The position numbers were made by a program, and so were the translations under genes. A stretch of 64,000 nt of DNA from Eledone cirrhosa. Taxonomy: Eukaryota. Shown in pieces: positions 25,635 to 39,367 of this stretch (positions are counted from its first letter, which is position 1; the number at the start of each line of letters is the position of its first letter). The notes beneath the pieces are model-generated. The model was not told the DNA's origin and made no database searches. It was given only the letters and a program-made list of their open reading frames with translations. The DNA lies in assembly GCA_964016885.1 (NCBI GenBank), contig CAXHJY010001386.1, positions 97,388 to 161,387 of the forward strand. The letters are read 5' to 3'.

Positions 25635-26814
25635 CTAGCATTAAAGCCCGGCGTTGCTCGGGATCATTAAGTTACCAAAGTTAGGTTGCACCACCCATTT
25701 TATGGCAGCACTTTTTTGTCTGCCAGGCACTGGGTGAATGAATTGCAGACCTGGAAGCAGGAGCTGCGCCAGCAGTGACAATTGTAGTTTCGCCTATGGA
25801 TATTATCTCTGTGCAAAAAAGTGTTGAAATTTATTGTTTCACAGTACTTGCGCAACACGCGCGTAGACGATGCCAGCCGAACAACAGAGCTGCGATGGAG
25901 TTGTTCTGCATGGTTGTCTGTGTGTTTTCTAAATTTAAGACAGTAGGGAGGGTTGTGATATGAGGGAGAGTTAGCTGTTGTTTCTAGCAGGTTTAGTGAC
26001 CTCATAGAGGATATGTGTTTTCTAAATTTAAGACAGTAGGGAGTGGTGTGATATGGGGGAGAGTTAGCTGCTGTTTCTAGCAGGTTTAGTGACCTCATAG
26101 AAGATATGTTTTCTAAATTTAAGACAGTAGGGAGGGGTGTGATATGGGGGAGAGTTAGCTGCTGTTTCTAGCAGGTTTAGTGACCTCATAGAGGATATTA
26201 TTGTTTATCATTATCTATAAAAGGCAGATTGTTGTTGTTGTTGTTGAAGTGAGTGTGTGTTTGTATGCGTTTGGAAAAGAGGTTTTAAAAAAGATTTATC
26301 GCTTGTTGTTGAATAAATGTATCTGATGCTTTTGAATAATTGTCGTTTCGTATGAAATGTAATAATTGTTTCTACTTTTTTGGCACAAGGCCAGCAATTA
26401 CCCAGTACATTACTGGTACTTTATGTAATAATAAACGTTCTCTATCTCTCTCTCCTCACTCTCTTCTCTCTCTCTCTTCGGCAATCATGCACGTTGTCAG
26501 ATGATATGAGAGAGTAAAACGGACAGTATCACCATCAAGCTTGGAAAGAGAAAGTAGCAGAAAGTATGAAGTTGTATAGATTTTGAATGGTAGTGGAAAG
26601 AGTTTAGCAGTTTAAATGACAGAGGAAAATCGTAAAATATTGAGTTTTATCTATTTTTTGCGTAATTGTGGGTGAAATTGAAAAAATTAGATGTGCCAAG
26701 ACGCAATCGATGCTATTTTGAATACTGAATTGTAAATTTCAATTGAAGAAATTCTATATCGTAGATTTCTATAAGAAAGGAGCATGACCGCACACTGAGC
26801 TTTATAGATTATGA
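25635..26814 (-). mobile_element. Non-autonomous Helitron
   Basis: Minus strand starts A|TCATAATCTATAAAG and ends CCCGAGCAACGCCGGG hairpin, short spacer, CTAG|T; AT target with no TSD. Confidence 0.82.
25919..26196. repeat. ~92-bp tandem repeat x3 inside the Helitron
   Basis: TGTTTTCTAAATTTAAGACAGTAGGGAG...TTTCTAGCAGGTTTAGTGACCTCATAGAGGA repeated three times. Confidence 0.92.
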
Positions 26815-29462
26815 TACTAGCTTAAGTAAACTGATTAAACGGGTGAAGTAAAATTGTTTCCATCAGCTTCAATTGAACCTGTTTGCATTGCTTTTAGGTT
26901 AAGCAGACAAATAACTACCATCCTGAGCACCTCAACACTTACCATCTCAACTACCATAAACACCTCTTATCTACCACCAACACCATAACTTATGTGTTTA
27001 TATAACCATTTTAAAAAGAAAATCAGTTGGGGCTGTTTCTCAGTGGTCTTGGTAGTGCACTTGAACTCTGTTATTGATTCCCATTGTCCAGTCTAAGTCT
27101 TGGTAGAGAAGAAATCTATAACATTTTAACAAGAGTCGAAATGTTAAAACCAAAATGAAAATATTTATTTTAGATTTGTTTATAGCAACTTAAAATATAT
27201 TTGCTTTAAAACAGTTCTTGATAGATTGCTGAACTAGCATTAGTAGGTATTGAATTATCACATACATTTCCCACCTCAAATTAGGAATCCATTTTCTCTG
27301 TTTCTAATGGTGTATTGTTTGTTTTTCAAAGGCAGTTTAGTACTTACTATAACAGTTGATTACCATTATTATATTGTGAGAATAGATTTCCTAGTTAGCC
27401 TACTAATTTACTACAGTTTAAGAGAAACTCTACTTACCAAACTACTGAAGGGAATAATTTAAAGAGAGAAATATTAGGAAGCGATAAATGAGAGCAACAA
27501 GTGATTTTCATCTCGTGTCATCAATCAGGTCATTAGTGCAATCTAACAAAATCATTTTTTTCTAAACTGATGCGAAGCTACTTCATTTACAATAGTATTG
27601 ATCAATGATCAACCTCATTTTATCCTACCTCTCACCTTCACCCACATTTTTTTCCATCAGTGATTACTAATAGTCTACAGCTCCACAACTTCCTGAGTTA
27701 CTAGTTTGTTTGTTTGTTGTTTATTTGTATGTTATTATTATTATAAGAGCTGAAGTTTCAAGATGCAGTACACCAAGTACAAGTGATATTCCATCTCTAA
27801 GAGGAGTTTTTTGGTTGTTTTCTGACAGAGGTGAGGTATGATGGAGAGAAGATATTTATCTGATCAATAGGGTTTTAAAAGATACAAAGTTTTCATTTAT
27901 TTTACCCACTTTTTATTCCACATATACCAATTAGCAATAAAATATTTATATCATGTATCATTTAAAAACATATAAAAACACTTTGATATGGCTGTAATGG
28001 GTGCAGGGTTAAGAGACCTGGCACTGTTGGAAAACAGATATTGATTCAATGAGAAAGTTTTATGGCCTTGTGGTTAGGGTGTTGGACCCTCATGGGTTTG
28101 ATTCCTGGACTGAGCAGTACAGTGTTGTTGAGTAAGATGCCTCATTTCTTGTTGCTTTTTATGATGGGACTGGGACCACCTATCATTAAAACACCAAAGA
28201 AACCTCCCATAAAGTACAACCTCGTAGGAGGCCTGCTAAACCTGCACAGGCGTGAGCTGTAAATTTCATTCTCTTTAATGTTTACTTGACCTGCTCGAAA
28301 TATTGATGGTATAGATCTCAAATCATACTTTATTATCTTAAAAAGAGGAAGAATACATTGTGTATTCCTATATTTGTTATCAGTGGGTTGATGATGAGCG
28401 TCCTGGCTGGAATGTCTTTAATCATAGGTCAGAATTAACAGGGAACTGAGCAACAATAGCAATGATTTCTATATACTTGATATGCTGTATACAATGTATT
28501 ATGGACTAGATAAATCAATAACGGAATGTTTATGTGATCATCTAAACTTTTAGAAATAGCAACAAAATCTACCTCAAATCACACCTTCGCACATACTAAA
28601 TGTAATTCTAGATACATTGACTGAATGAAAGTTAGAATTTACATGACTGGATATCTTTGATTACAGGTTTACTAGATGAGGATTGATTTGGGTCCCAATA
28701 AAAACTACAGACATTAAAATTGAATATCAGTATGTTGCTGAAATATCAGATATTTTCTTCTGTTTACATCACATACCCCAGCTAATAATTCTTGCCATCA
28801 TGGACTGCCATGGGTGGATTACAGCAATGAGATTAGTGTTTCTATGTGCTGATGACAGTTGTCATCAATTCCAACTGACAGTTTAACCATGAGGGGAGAA
28901 ATGACATTTGAGTCCAAAAGCCACCCATGCTATAATCATTGTACATGCAATACTTCTAGATGACACAATATCCTGGCCTGTCAGCCAATGACTGGGAAAT
29001 ATGCAGATAAAGCAAGATTTGAGGAGAATAGTTTATTGAAATGGCTTCTTAGTGACTTCTCCTGCTGCATGGGAAGCTACAATTTATAACTACATGTTTC
29101 TTATATTTATTTATAGCTACATGTTTCTACACATTTATGTTGAATACATGTTTCAAACTTAGACATTTAAATACACACACACAGTCACTCACACTCAGCC
29201 ACATAAAAACTCATACACAGTATACTTCCATACATATATACATATGCACAGTCACACTCATTCACACATCATGAAAAGAAGATATTAATAACAGTAAAAA
29301 AAATGACAAAAGAGCTTGTGAAATATAACATGTTTATAACTCTGGGAGAAAAGAAAATACAATACAATGGGGAAATGAAAATACTATATAGAGAGATATA
29401 GAAGAAAATATTTAGATGTTATATGAAGTTATATCTATATATATATATATATGGGGATGGGG

Positions 29463-29635
29463 GTCATCATCATCACCATTTAACATCCATTTTCCATGGT
29501 AGTATGGGTTAGTTAGGTTGTCCCGTTGTGAAACAAGTTGGATCAGATGACCATATCTTGCGCAACAGAACTATTTTTAGCTGGGTTTCTTCAGCTGGAT
29601 GCCCTTTAATGCCAACCTCATTTACAGTGTAGTGG
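29463..29635 (-). mobile_element. Degenerate RTE 3' tail
   Basis: (CAT)n, TTTAACATCCATTTTCCATG...CAGCTGGATGCCC...CCTCATTTACAGTG. Confidence 0.78.
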
Positions 29636-30839
29636 TGATAAATGTAAATGTAAATCTTAGACACTGGTTAATATGTGTGTGAAGAAATAAATGCCTTAGA
29701 AATATGGGTGATGCATGAGGCAGTCAATTATAAATTCAATGAATTGTCGGTGTAGTTTGCCAGATGAGTCATGATTTTTGTGTACCACCAATTGTTGTGA
29801 GTGTATTCTAGCCCTAGCTTATGTTATGGATAGAATATAGTGGGCCTTGAATCATATGTAGTCAATTGATTCTCCAGTCCCTTGCATTATTCAAAATCTG
29901 TATACCTTCAAAAGCCTTACATAAAAGGGCTTATGTATTTTGTTTTGGAGGAGGCATAATGTCAAGTTCTTTGGAGATTGAGACAATTAAGGAAAAGAAT
30001 GGTAGGGGTTAGAGTTTTCTCTTTTACATTATGTGATATAATCTTATGTGGAATAGAATTTAGAATTTTCTAAAAAATATTTTCTGATGATGTATGCTCA
30101 AAACTATACTATCTAAAACTATGTAAGATGTTGGCCCAATGTACATTTAATTTTTCAACATATTTTCCAAGTAGGTTAAGAATTTTTAATACACATGACT
30201 TTTTGTTGAACATTAGTTATGTATATGAAAATAAATCAAAATGCAATATCAGAGGTTGTGTTATTCAAATTCACTGCAGGCATTTTGTTGTTTCATAATT
30301 CTATAATATCACCTAGTTGTTTGGAATAGGTGCTATCTGGAAATACTACTTACAATTAACTGACACCCCATCCAGGAGAATATTTATCATCATGCTATGA
30401 ACTGCTACTAAGCAGTTGCCTTTAAAAGGAACTTGTGGATATTGTTGTATATTTATTCCACAAATATTTATTTTGTGTATTTATTCCACTGTCAGTCCAA
30501 GGCAGTGGATTGGCAACGTTGCTAGTGTTGAATGAGAGATGCATTGCAGTATTTGTTTCAGAGAGTCTTTGTGTTCTGAGTTCAAATCAGACTTGAGTGG
30601 TAGACCTAATCTGTTGTCCAGTTTAACACTAGTGATTTGCTCTTGGGTACCTTTACTGGAGTCTACTCCTTTGAAAGCATTTGGATCAGATCTGTGGTTT
30701 GAAAATACTTTCCTCTTTCCCTCCTACCAGTCTGAGAGGCCCAGAAAAGAGTAATGAAGGAAACACACAAAAAAAAAAAAAAAAAAAAAAAAAGATGTAG
30801 TGCCTAGTAGTGTTATTTTCTCTGTGTGTGTAGAAGTCC

Positions 30840-31640
30840 TTTTCTCCCCCTTAATACATTCAGCTACTCTTTTTCTGAGGTCTTTTGGCTCAAGGCCAAT
30901 TTCCAGAAATCCCTGGCCTGGCAGTGCTTTCAGAAAGCATTGCTAGTTCAAGATAAACTCTACAGGGATGGAAGTACAGTTATCCAGGCCTATCCAAGAT
31001 GCATGCAGGGTCACATAACCATCCTGCACATGCTCATCCAATGTCTAAGCATTGCTCACTTGTGGGTTTGTTGAACACCTGCTGTCATATGTAGGACAGA
31101 TCCAGCTATCAGCTGAGTCCATTGTTATGTTTTCCCCCACTGTTTTCCTTTAGCTGGGAAGAGCAGGCAATTTTTATCTGCCTGGTGGCCATGGCAAAAG
31201 AGGTTATGTGGTGGATACATTTGAAATGGTTGAAGATAAGCACTTTCCTCTTCAACAAAGCCCTGATTAACTTTCTCAGGTTTCTCTTGAAGAGTAAAAT
31301 CATGGGGGAAAAGGAAGTGGGTGAGATTAGTGAGAATATCCGAAGTAAATGGGCCTGCTCTGAGTGTACATCTGTAGATTGGAGGAAGACAACTGGGAGG
31401 GGGCACTTGCCTTAGTGATCAGGATGATCGTGGTTTTTTTGTGGGCATTCTACACAAGTGGCTCTCAGAGGTCTTCCATTTATTGGGGAATTTTTGTCTG
31501 ATTTTTTAAATGTTTATATTTTTTAGTTTTGTTATAACCCTTTTTTTACGCACAAAAACCCATACTGTATTAGTTTTGTTATAACCCTTTTTTTACACAC
31601 AAAAACCCATACTGTATCATCCCGTACCATCTTTGTTTGC
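30840..31640 (+). mobile_element. Decayed L1/Tx1 3' end, related to 12804-13816
   Basis: NFQKSLAWQC and EEQAIFICLVAMAKEVMWWIHLK align with NFQRSLAWQC and EEEAVFLCVIAMAKAVVWWTRLK. Confidence 0.8.
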
Positions 31641-32059
31641 TCAATGTCAGCCCTTTGTGACCAATAAAGAAACCATTATTATTATTATTATTTGTGTTTT
31701 CCATTTCCTTGAGTTTGTTTCTATTTCTTGCCAAGTGTCTTCCCAATACCCAGAACGGAAACTCACTGTGTACATTGATAAGCCGCAAAATATACACCCC
31801 AGATTGTTCCTGTCATGCACTTTAAACAGCTACAAGTCATTTGCTTTATACATGTGCATCTTTCTTTTCACTCTTTTTCTAAGTTTTTGTATTTGCTTAG
31901 TTTTCAAATTCTTTTATTGGTATGCTTTTATCTAAGGGTATACACATAAATTAATTTGTGATTTTTATCTTTCCTGTCCTTGATGATATCTGATCTGTTA
32001 CATTTTCTCCTTCCATTATTTGCTCTGGATGATGTTCATACCAGTTGATGGATGTTTTT

Positions 32060-33560
32060 ATCTTGTAATGGTGCCATAGCTTCCAATGCAGATATTGACC
32101 TACTCTGTTATGGCAGTTATACTAATTTAGTGTCAGTACCAAACAGCTTCAAATATGATAGTTTATTATTTCATTATGTTTTTCTCAAAAATTGCATTTT
32201 GGGTCAACATAATCTTTTAAGACATTGGCTTGGTAGTTTCTGGTAAGCAAGCTTTAGTTTTACAGGAATTCTTCTGTCTCTGATTTTAGTCCTGAATTCC
32301 CCAGTGACAGATAAGTTGTTTTTTTATCTACATCAACATCATTGGAGTACATGCTACCCATGCAGAGGCTTTTATCCCCATCTGTCTTCTAATTGTTCTT
32401 GACCTTACATTTTATCTAGCTTTTTCATCTTTATAGCTTGCTTGGTGGCAGTTTTTTCCTGGTGGACATTTTTTTCAAAGTTTGTATTGAGTTATGTGGC
32501 ATCTTTTCTACATTATTTTGCATTTGAGTGCAGCTTTTGTTGGTTTTGTGCTCTGAAATGTATAACATTCAATCTTCTGTGAACTTTATAGTTGTAGTTT
32601 TATATGACAGTTTGTCTCCTTACCCATCTACACTTCGTTGCAGACATAGACAATTAACATCTGCCTTAGAGTGGTGCATTTTGTTGCATGATAGTATATT
32701 TCAGATCATTGTATCGCTCTGCTTAATTTCATATTCTAGTTGATGTTGAAGCTATAATTTACAATTGGGTCTGCTAGGGTATTTATTGCAATTGTATTTT
32801 TTGTATCCACTTTGGTCTTTAGGATGGTTCGTAGACTCCTGACTCATTCTTTTACATAGATTTTCCTTCATCATAATGTATTCTGTCTCCTTCATCAATC
32901 CCTAGGTATTTTTAAGTTACTTCTGATTTAGTTATTTGATCACTGAGTCAATCACAATTGATTTACTCCTTAACTCACACCTTTCAAATGTAGCTTTTTG
33001 CACACGTATCCATTTCAAACTCCATACTTATATTGCCTGTGAACCTCTTGACTATGTACAAAAGTCTTTTGAGTTCTCTGTCATACTTATTGTAGAGTTT
33101 CAAATTGTCCATATAAAATAAATGGATGATCTTTCCATCCTTGGTTTTGTAACTAATCTCTGTTTTGTTTGCGATGAGAAGAAAATTAAGGAAAGATAAA
33201 AGTAGAGGATGTGAATCTCTTTGAAAAATGCCACAGTTAATGTTTGCTGTCATAGATCATCGTATCCCTTGAGGGAGAAAGAATAGGCATAGATTTTCTC
33301 AATCATACTGGTTCTTAAGAAAGTGATTAGCAGTTGTAATACTTTGAACAGCTGTAGGGATTCTCGTATCAGGAGTGTCAGACACAGTCAAACACTTTTA
33401 TAGGCACAGTGTTTTGAGTGGCAGTTTTCTAGTATCATACAGTTTATTAATAGATGGTCTTTACATTTCTATTAGCTCCAGTGACAACCTTTTTGCTCAG
33501 TTGGGCAGAGGTTGTTTCCTTCTATGAAGGCATATGACAACATTTTATATAAACATGATA
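32060..33560 (-). mobile_element. Decayed R4/Dong-like non-LTR retrotransposon
   Basis: EQKGC...DHLLINK, GIFQRDS and HLFYMDNLKLY motifs are typical of the R4 clade. Confidence 0.68.
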
Positions 33561-33699
33561 AAGTTTTATCAGATCTTAAAGCACTTTGAAACTAATCTTT
33601 CAAACAGCTGTCATTGTCAAGTATGTTTTCATCTGTATCAGTACAAGGAAGCCACATACTATTAGTTATTGAGGTTTTACGTACTGTGTTGCACAAGCC

Positions 33700-35075
33700 A
33701 GCAACTGATAATCAATAAAATTTCTTTGCGCAATAAAATAATGATGATTTGATGAAATGGGCAAAGATGTGGAGGGCACATTAAGCAATTTTTTGAGGGC
33801 TGCTCAATTTCATTACAGCTGTATGAATCAACTCTACCAAGGAATGAAGCTTTGTTGTTAGCTGACATTCAGTACACAAAAGAAGAAAAAATACTTCTTA
33901 GTTATTATTTGCAAGACATTTGGTAAAATACTAAAGGAAAGTCAAGGTTTCTTGTTGGAGAAAAGTTTTTTTTCAAAGAAAGGAGTCTTCTTACAAATGT
34001 AATGACAGATCCATCTGATACACCTTTGGGTTCATGACATACTTTAAAAAGAGTCAGTGTTGAATGTATTAGTGGAGCATTGCATGTTTCATTGAAAATA
34101 TTTAATTTCGAAAGACCTTATTAATCACTAGTATCTCTCATTTTTATTATAGTTATTAAGAAAATCAGAAACAATTCTTTTAATGACAGATTATTCAGTT
34201 GTGTGAACAAAACAATGAATAATTTAATTGCCTGCTATTTCTCAATGAAGTTTACTGGTTGTTGAAAGGTTTCTGAGTCCTTTTTATAATCTTAATAGAT
34301 AACTTGAAGAATTTAAAAGTCGCATAGCTTATATGCCAAATTTATTTTGAATTGAATCCACAGCTGCAAGCCGATGAATTGAATTTGATCACATGTGCTT
34401 TTGTTTCAGTGCAATCACTGTTCAAACACAACTTGGGATTCTTAGATTTTCTGTACTCAAGGAATACATGATGATAATTTCCAGATCTACTGTCATAATT
34501 TGGAAACATTACATAAGGACTTCTTTGAAAAATTTGAAGATATTCTTTCTATGGAGATTCCATATTGGGTTTTAGACCCATTTCCAAGTTTAAGGAAAGA
34601 GAAATGTAAGTGTTGATTAAATTAAAACCAAATTTAAGAATTGGTACCATCATTTATGGTTTCAGCACCAAATTAAAAGTTTTTAACTTGTATTATAGGC
34701 CATTCTAGAAAAATTCCTAATTGCATTCCCATTATCATATCTAGTTGAACATATATTTAGCACTTTTACATAGATTTTGACAAAAAAGAGAAATTATAAA
34801 TAGTTGAACATGTGATTTAAGAATGCTGTTTAGTTATGAGCCAGATGTGAAAAAATCAGTCTCATCACATAAGGCCCATAAATTCACATTAGTAAATCAA
34901 GTCATTTTGGATACTTTTGTAGTATTACATTTTCTATGGTAAAATAAATGCTTAAATAAAAAAAAAAGGTAATGATATTTAATTTTCAGTGAATCATTTT
35001 TGACTGACTTTATGGACATGGGGCACTGATGAAATATATTCTCTAAAATGTGATGGTAATCTGAAAAAGTTTGTA
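33700..35075 (+). mobile_element. Decayed hAT (Charlie/Buster-like) transposase remnant
   Basis: Traces of VEHC..H, W..DPF and FLIAFPLSYLVEH.FS, in the same order as in the 49.7-50.8 kb transposase. Confidence 0.6.
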
Positions 35076-35856
35076 GAGGAAGTAGCAGGGGCTGTTTTTA
35101 AATTTATCACTTTAACATTATTTTACTATTAAAGATTCCATCTAAAACTTTCAGAAAATTCCTCTAGATTCTGGCTGTAGAATATGTTACAGGAAACAAT
35201 CACCAGCAACACAACCAATACCACCATCATTATCAACATCACCATCACCACCATCTGTGAACTGTGTATGGTGGTTCAAGTTTCTATGATTTGAAACACT
35301 AGTGTTAAAATTATATATGTACTAATGGTTACAATATTCTAAAATAATAGTATATTATCCAACTTAATTTTCTATACTCTCTACTCTCTATGGTTTCAAT
35401 ATGAAATGTTATTTCAAACATACTGCTTTTATATTGATAGCTGCTAGAAAGGAGTCATTTTTAGGTAAGGAAAGTTTTAATATCTGGTCATCAGTTCTCT
35501 CACTATTCTCCCAAATATCTATTTTCTACATTGTTTTATATAAGGAAAGAGGTTATATTTCAGAAGTAATTTTTCTTGGAAATTTGTTCTGTAGCCAAAA
35601 TATTCAACATTTGCCAAATACTTGAGTATTCCTAGTTTCTTTTTTGCTCAAATTTTTCACCATATTTACTACATCTCAGATCAGTAAGTCATATTTTCTT
35701 CGCTTCTTTTTTAGAAGCTATTCTTTTTTTATTGTTTTTGTTTTTGTTTTTGTAGATTTTCTTCAGTCATTTTCAACTGAAGGAAAATCTAAATCTCTTC
35801 TTTGTAACTTTTTGTGCTTTATATATTTTATTATTATTATCATTATTGAGGATTGT

Positions 35857-36030
35857 GGACTAGCAGTACATTAAAGCATTATATAAAATTCTTTGAAGTA
35901 TTTAGTTCTGAGTTCAAATCACACCAAGGCTAACTTTGCTTTTTGTCCATCCAGGGTCAATAAAACAAACAACTGGGATTGATATAATCAATTTTCCTCT
36001 CCCCCAAATTGCTTGCCTTGTGTCTAAATT
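35857..36030 (+). mobile_element. Degenerate Nin/Deu SINE
   Basis: TCTGAGTTCAAATC...AACTTTGC...GGGTCAATAAAA...GCCTTGTG. Confidence 0.65.
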
Positions 36031-36522
36031 TAAACAATGTTTTTTAAAGGTTTACACACCCCATGAACACACAATTTTCATGGGGTGTATGCAGCATTGT
36101 CTTTTTTATGGTGATATTGGTGGTATATACCACATCTCTTTAACATTGTTATAGGGAGGTTGTTTTGTTGTTTCTACCATTACTGTAGTGTTTTGCCTGT
36201 TTGTTGTGTAGAATATTTATGCGATTTTAAACAAATCTTGTTGGTTGGTAATTATATAGATTGTGATTTTTGTGAATTGTTGGAGCTGTGTGAGATGTAT
36301 TATGATATTGGGTGTTGATTACATAATAGTTACTGATGTTATTTTATTGGGTGGTGATTGTACATTGTGATGTGTGTGCTGTGTTATATTATTGGCTTCT
36401 GTAGAGTGTGTTGTTGGACTTGTGATATTGAATTGAAAGTGTCTTGTGTTATGGGAAATATTATTGCTGTTAGCAGAATTATTAGCGGTTTTAACAAAAT
36501 AGTCTGCATTATTTAGTTACAG

Positions 36523-36712
36523 CGGGGGATTGGTAGTATCGGTAGATGGTCGGACGCCATGCTTTGCAGCACAGAGTTACGCCCCTTTATAGTCTGAGTT
36601 CAAATCCCGCCGAGGTTCACTTTGCCTTTCATCCTTACGGGGTCGATAAAATAAAGTACCAGTAATGTACTGGGATAATTGCTGGCCTTGCGCCAAAAGT
36701 AGAAACAATTAT
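36523..36712 (+). mobile_element. Full-length Nin/Deu SINE
   Basis: 15-bp TSD ATTATTTAGTTACAG at 36508-36522 and 36708-36722. Confidence 0.93.
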
Positions 36713-37264
36713 TTAGTTACAGATTTTTATTTTCCGAGTTCAACTTTGCTTTCCTCTAATCAAGCATTCAGTACTAGAGATAAATTGTATCCTGGATAGG
36801 ATATCAGTCTATCTCAGATAACATCTCCAGATAATCTGAATTCCTATCCCCACTACCACAATAGAATATATGTAGTGAATTTGAATACAACATTTATGAA
36901 GTAAGTCTGTGATATACCATATCTATACTTTTATTTCTTATTTAATATTGCAGCTAAGATGAAAGGGATGCACAGTATAATCTTTGATAATGGAAATATT
37001 AATGTTAGAACTATAAATTTGAGTAAATTAACCAAATTTTCCAACTGGACAAGGTAGCAAGATTGTATAGTTACTTTATACTGTTTATGCCTTCATGCCA
37101 CTTCACTCAATGTCAGCTGGTCAAACTTATTGGGGTATGCAGGAGGATATATAGAAGCTGTTCCCTTCCTTTAAATGTGTCAATAGGAATGAACAACATA
37201 ACTGTTGAACAATGGGTCTAGATTTGTGCTGCCAAATGAATGCAAAAAGTCATGACTCTGGTGT

Positions 37265-37530
37265 GTGGCATATGGCCTAGTGATTAAGGTGTGGGGCTCA
37301 TGATCACAAGATTGTAGGTCCACTTGGATTGAGTGGCACATTGTGCCCTTAAACAAAGCACTTCATTTCACACTTCCCCAGTTTACTCAGCTGAAAATGA
37401 GTATCACCACTAGCAACAGCTGGAGGTTAACTCTGCAATGGATTGGCACTCTATCTTCTACTCTGTCACTCAACACTAATGAAATCAGAACATTCTCTGG
37501 TCCAGACGAGCCACAAGTCTTATCAGTCTT
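37265..37530 (+). mobile_element. tRNA-derived SINE (3910 family)
   Basis: TGGCCTAGTGATTAAGG head; AAGCACTTCATTTCACACTTCCCCAGTTTACTCAGCTG. Confidence 0.72.
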
Positions 37531-38973
37531 CAAACATTCAAGAACATACTGGATATCAATAATTAATACAGACATGTCTTATACTAAGTGTCAATTTGCA
37601 CCACACCTGTAATATGAAATGGTACACAGATATGTGATAATTACTGGATAAAACAGATTGAAGTTTGGCATATCTGAGGTTTAAGATATTTGAGCTGTAT
37701 GTACCTAACCTTTAAATTGGCTTTGTCAATACACATAGGTCTATGAGAATTGAAAGGATTTGGGTTACTCAACAACAACCAGAAGGTGAACAAAATAGCC
37801 AACACACCTCTCATTGAAAATAATAATCCTAGCCAATTTGCAGAACTGTAGACTTAATCCATTTTATTATTATTATTAATCTTATCAAGCCATGCCTAAA
37901 GCAATTGAAAATCATTATGTTGGTGATCAATATAAGTTAAGATAATATTTGTGAAAGAGATTTGCTAAACCATTTCCTAGCTGAGATCAATTTCAAAAGA
38001 TATTTCAACTGAGACAAAAATAGATTATTCCCACCTGACACTGACAATCATCGAGGGAATGTAAAAACAATAATAACTATTCTATATACATTAGTTAAAG
38101 TCCAATAAATTTCTCCTGTTCTGAATGGATGGATACTGAAGAATAAAAATATTACATCTGGCCAACTCAAGAGAATGGTAGTTTAGCAGCCAAAGTGTTC
38201 ACAACTCATATACCAGCACTACTGCTTTACGGTGTCAAACTTCTGCTGGTTTAGTCCACATATCTGGAAGTAAGTAGTATCAAAGTAGGAGAGCTCACTA
38301 TTGTTAGTAGCATGAACATTGTATAGCTAATATGCCTAGCTAAAATTTTACTATAGGTATAACTTTGAGAATCTCTATTAAAATCATAAGTATTCATATT
38401 AAAAAATGTTTTTATTTGTTTTTTAAAAATATAATTATGAATCAATGAGATAAATATTAGTTGATGGCTTAAATGTTATTATAAAAGGATTAGCGAGCTT
38501 GAATGCATAAACTATAATATTGTTCATGGACCATGAGTTCAAACTATGTTACACACTGTTTTATATTTGAATAAAACTATTTGACTTGTGAGACCCACGT
38601 AACTGGAAAATCTATGTAGATCTTATATAGTAGTATTTATAAGGGTTGCTAGAATTCTCAGCTATTTTTATAAGACCTTCTGGAAACAGCATACAAATCT
38701 CCCTCGCATCACAGCCTACCATCTTAAAAAAGGTTGGACATATCAGTCCTTGGGAAATATGATAGGATTGACATGGTTTTGTTTATATGCCTGCTCAGTC
38801 AGCTGATCTGGGACTAAACACCAACTACTTCAGAGCCAATGAAGGAGCCAAACCTCTCTTATATCACACTGTTATAATTAAGTCCATAGTGGGTAATTTA
38901 GTCTGAGATAAACTTTCTGAAAAGATGGTAAAGTCACAGTTACAAGATTTTTGATCAATGGCAGTCTGTTGTT

Positions 38974-39367
38974 CAGTGGCATGCAGAGGTTTGGTGATGC
39001 CCAGGGCTAACTCCTTGATTGTATACCTTTAAAACATAAGTATAGCACCTAGACTGAGAAATGTGAGCAAGGTAAACATTTTAAATATGTCAAAACAGAT
39101 TAAACAAGAAACAAATACTTCAAATTAAAATCAGCTATATATGTTTTCCCGAGCAAACACATTGAATTTAAAGTTTATAAATTTCTCATCCTTTTGATCT
39201 GGGCAGAAAACTGGCCATAGATTTTGGATGAGCAGCCGAAAAATCTGTGCTCAGTTGTCATACTGGGTGGAGAATCTTGCATGACTGTAGTTAGATGCCC
39301 TCATTACCTGCTCTAATACAGTTGCTCGAAGCTATCACACATTACGCCGTATCTCTGCACACTTCTG
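38974..39367. mobile_element. hAT (Tip100-like) MITE
   Basis: TIRs CAGTGGCATGCAGAG and CTCTGCACACTTCTG; 8-bp TSD CTGTTGTT / CTGTTGGT. Confidence 0.68.

Noticed and set aside
28849-28885. CTGATGA followed by a stem, as a hammerhead
   Set aside because: No GAAA after the stem and no helix I or III.
38150-38275. Exon candidate near GAA|GTAAGT / TTCCAG
   Set aside because: Stop codons in all frames tested on both strands.
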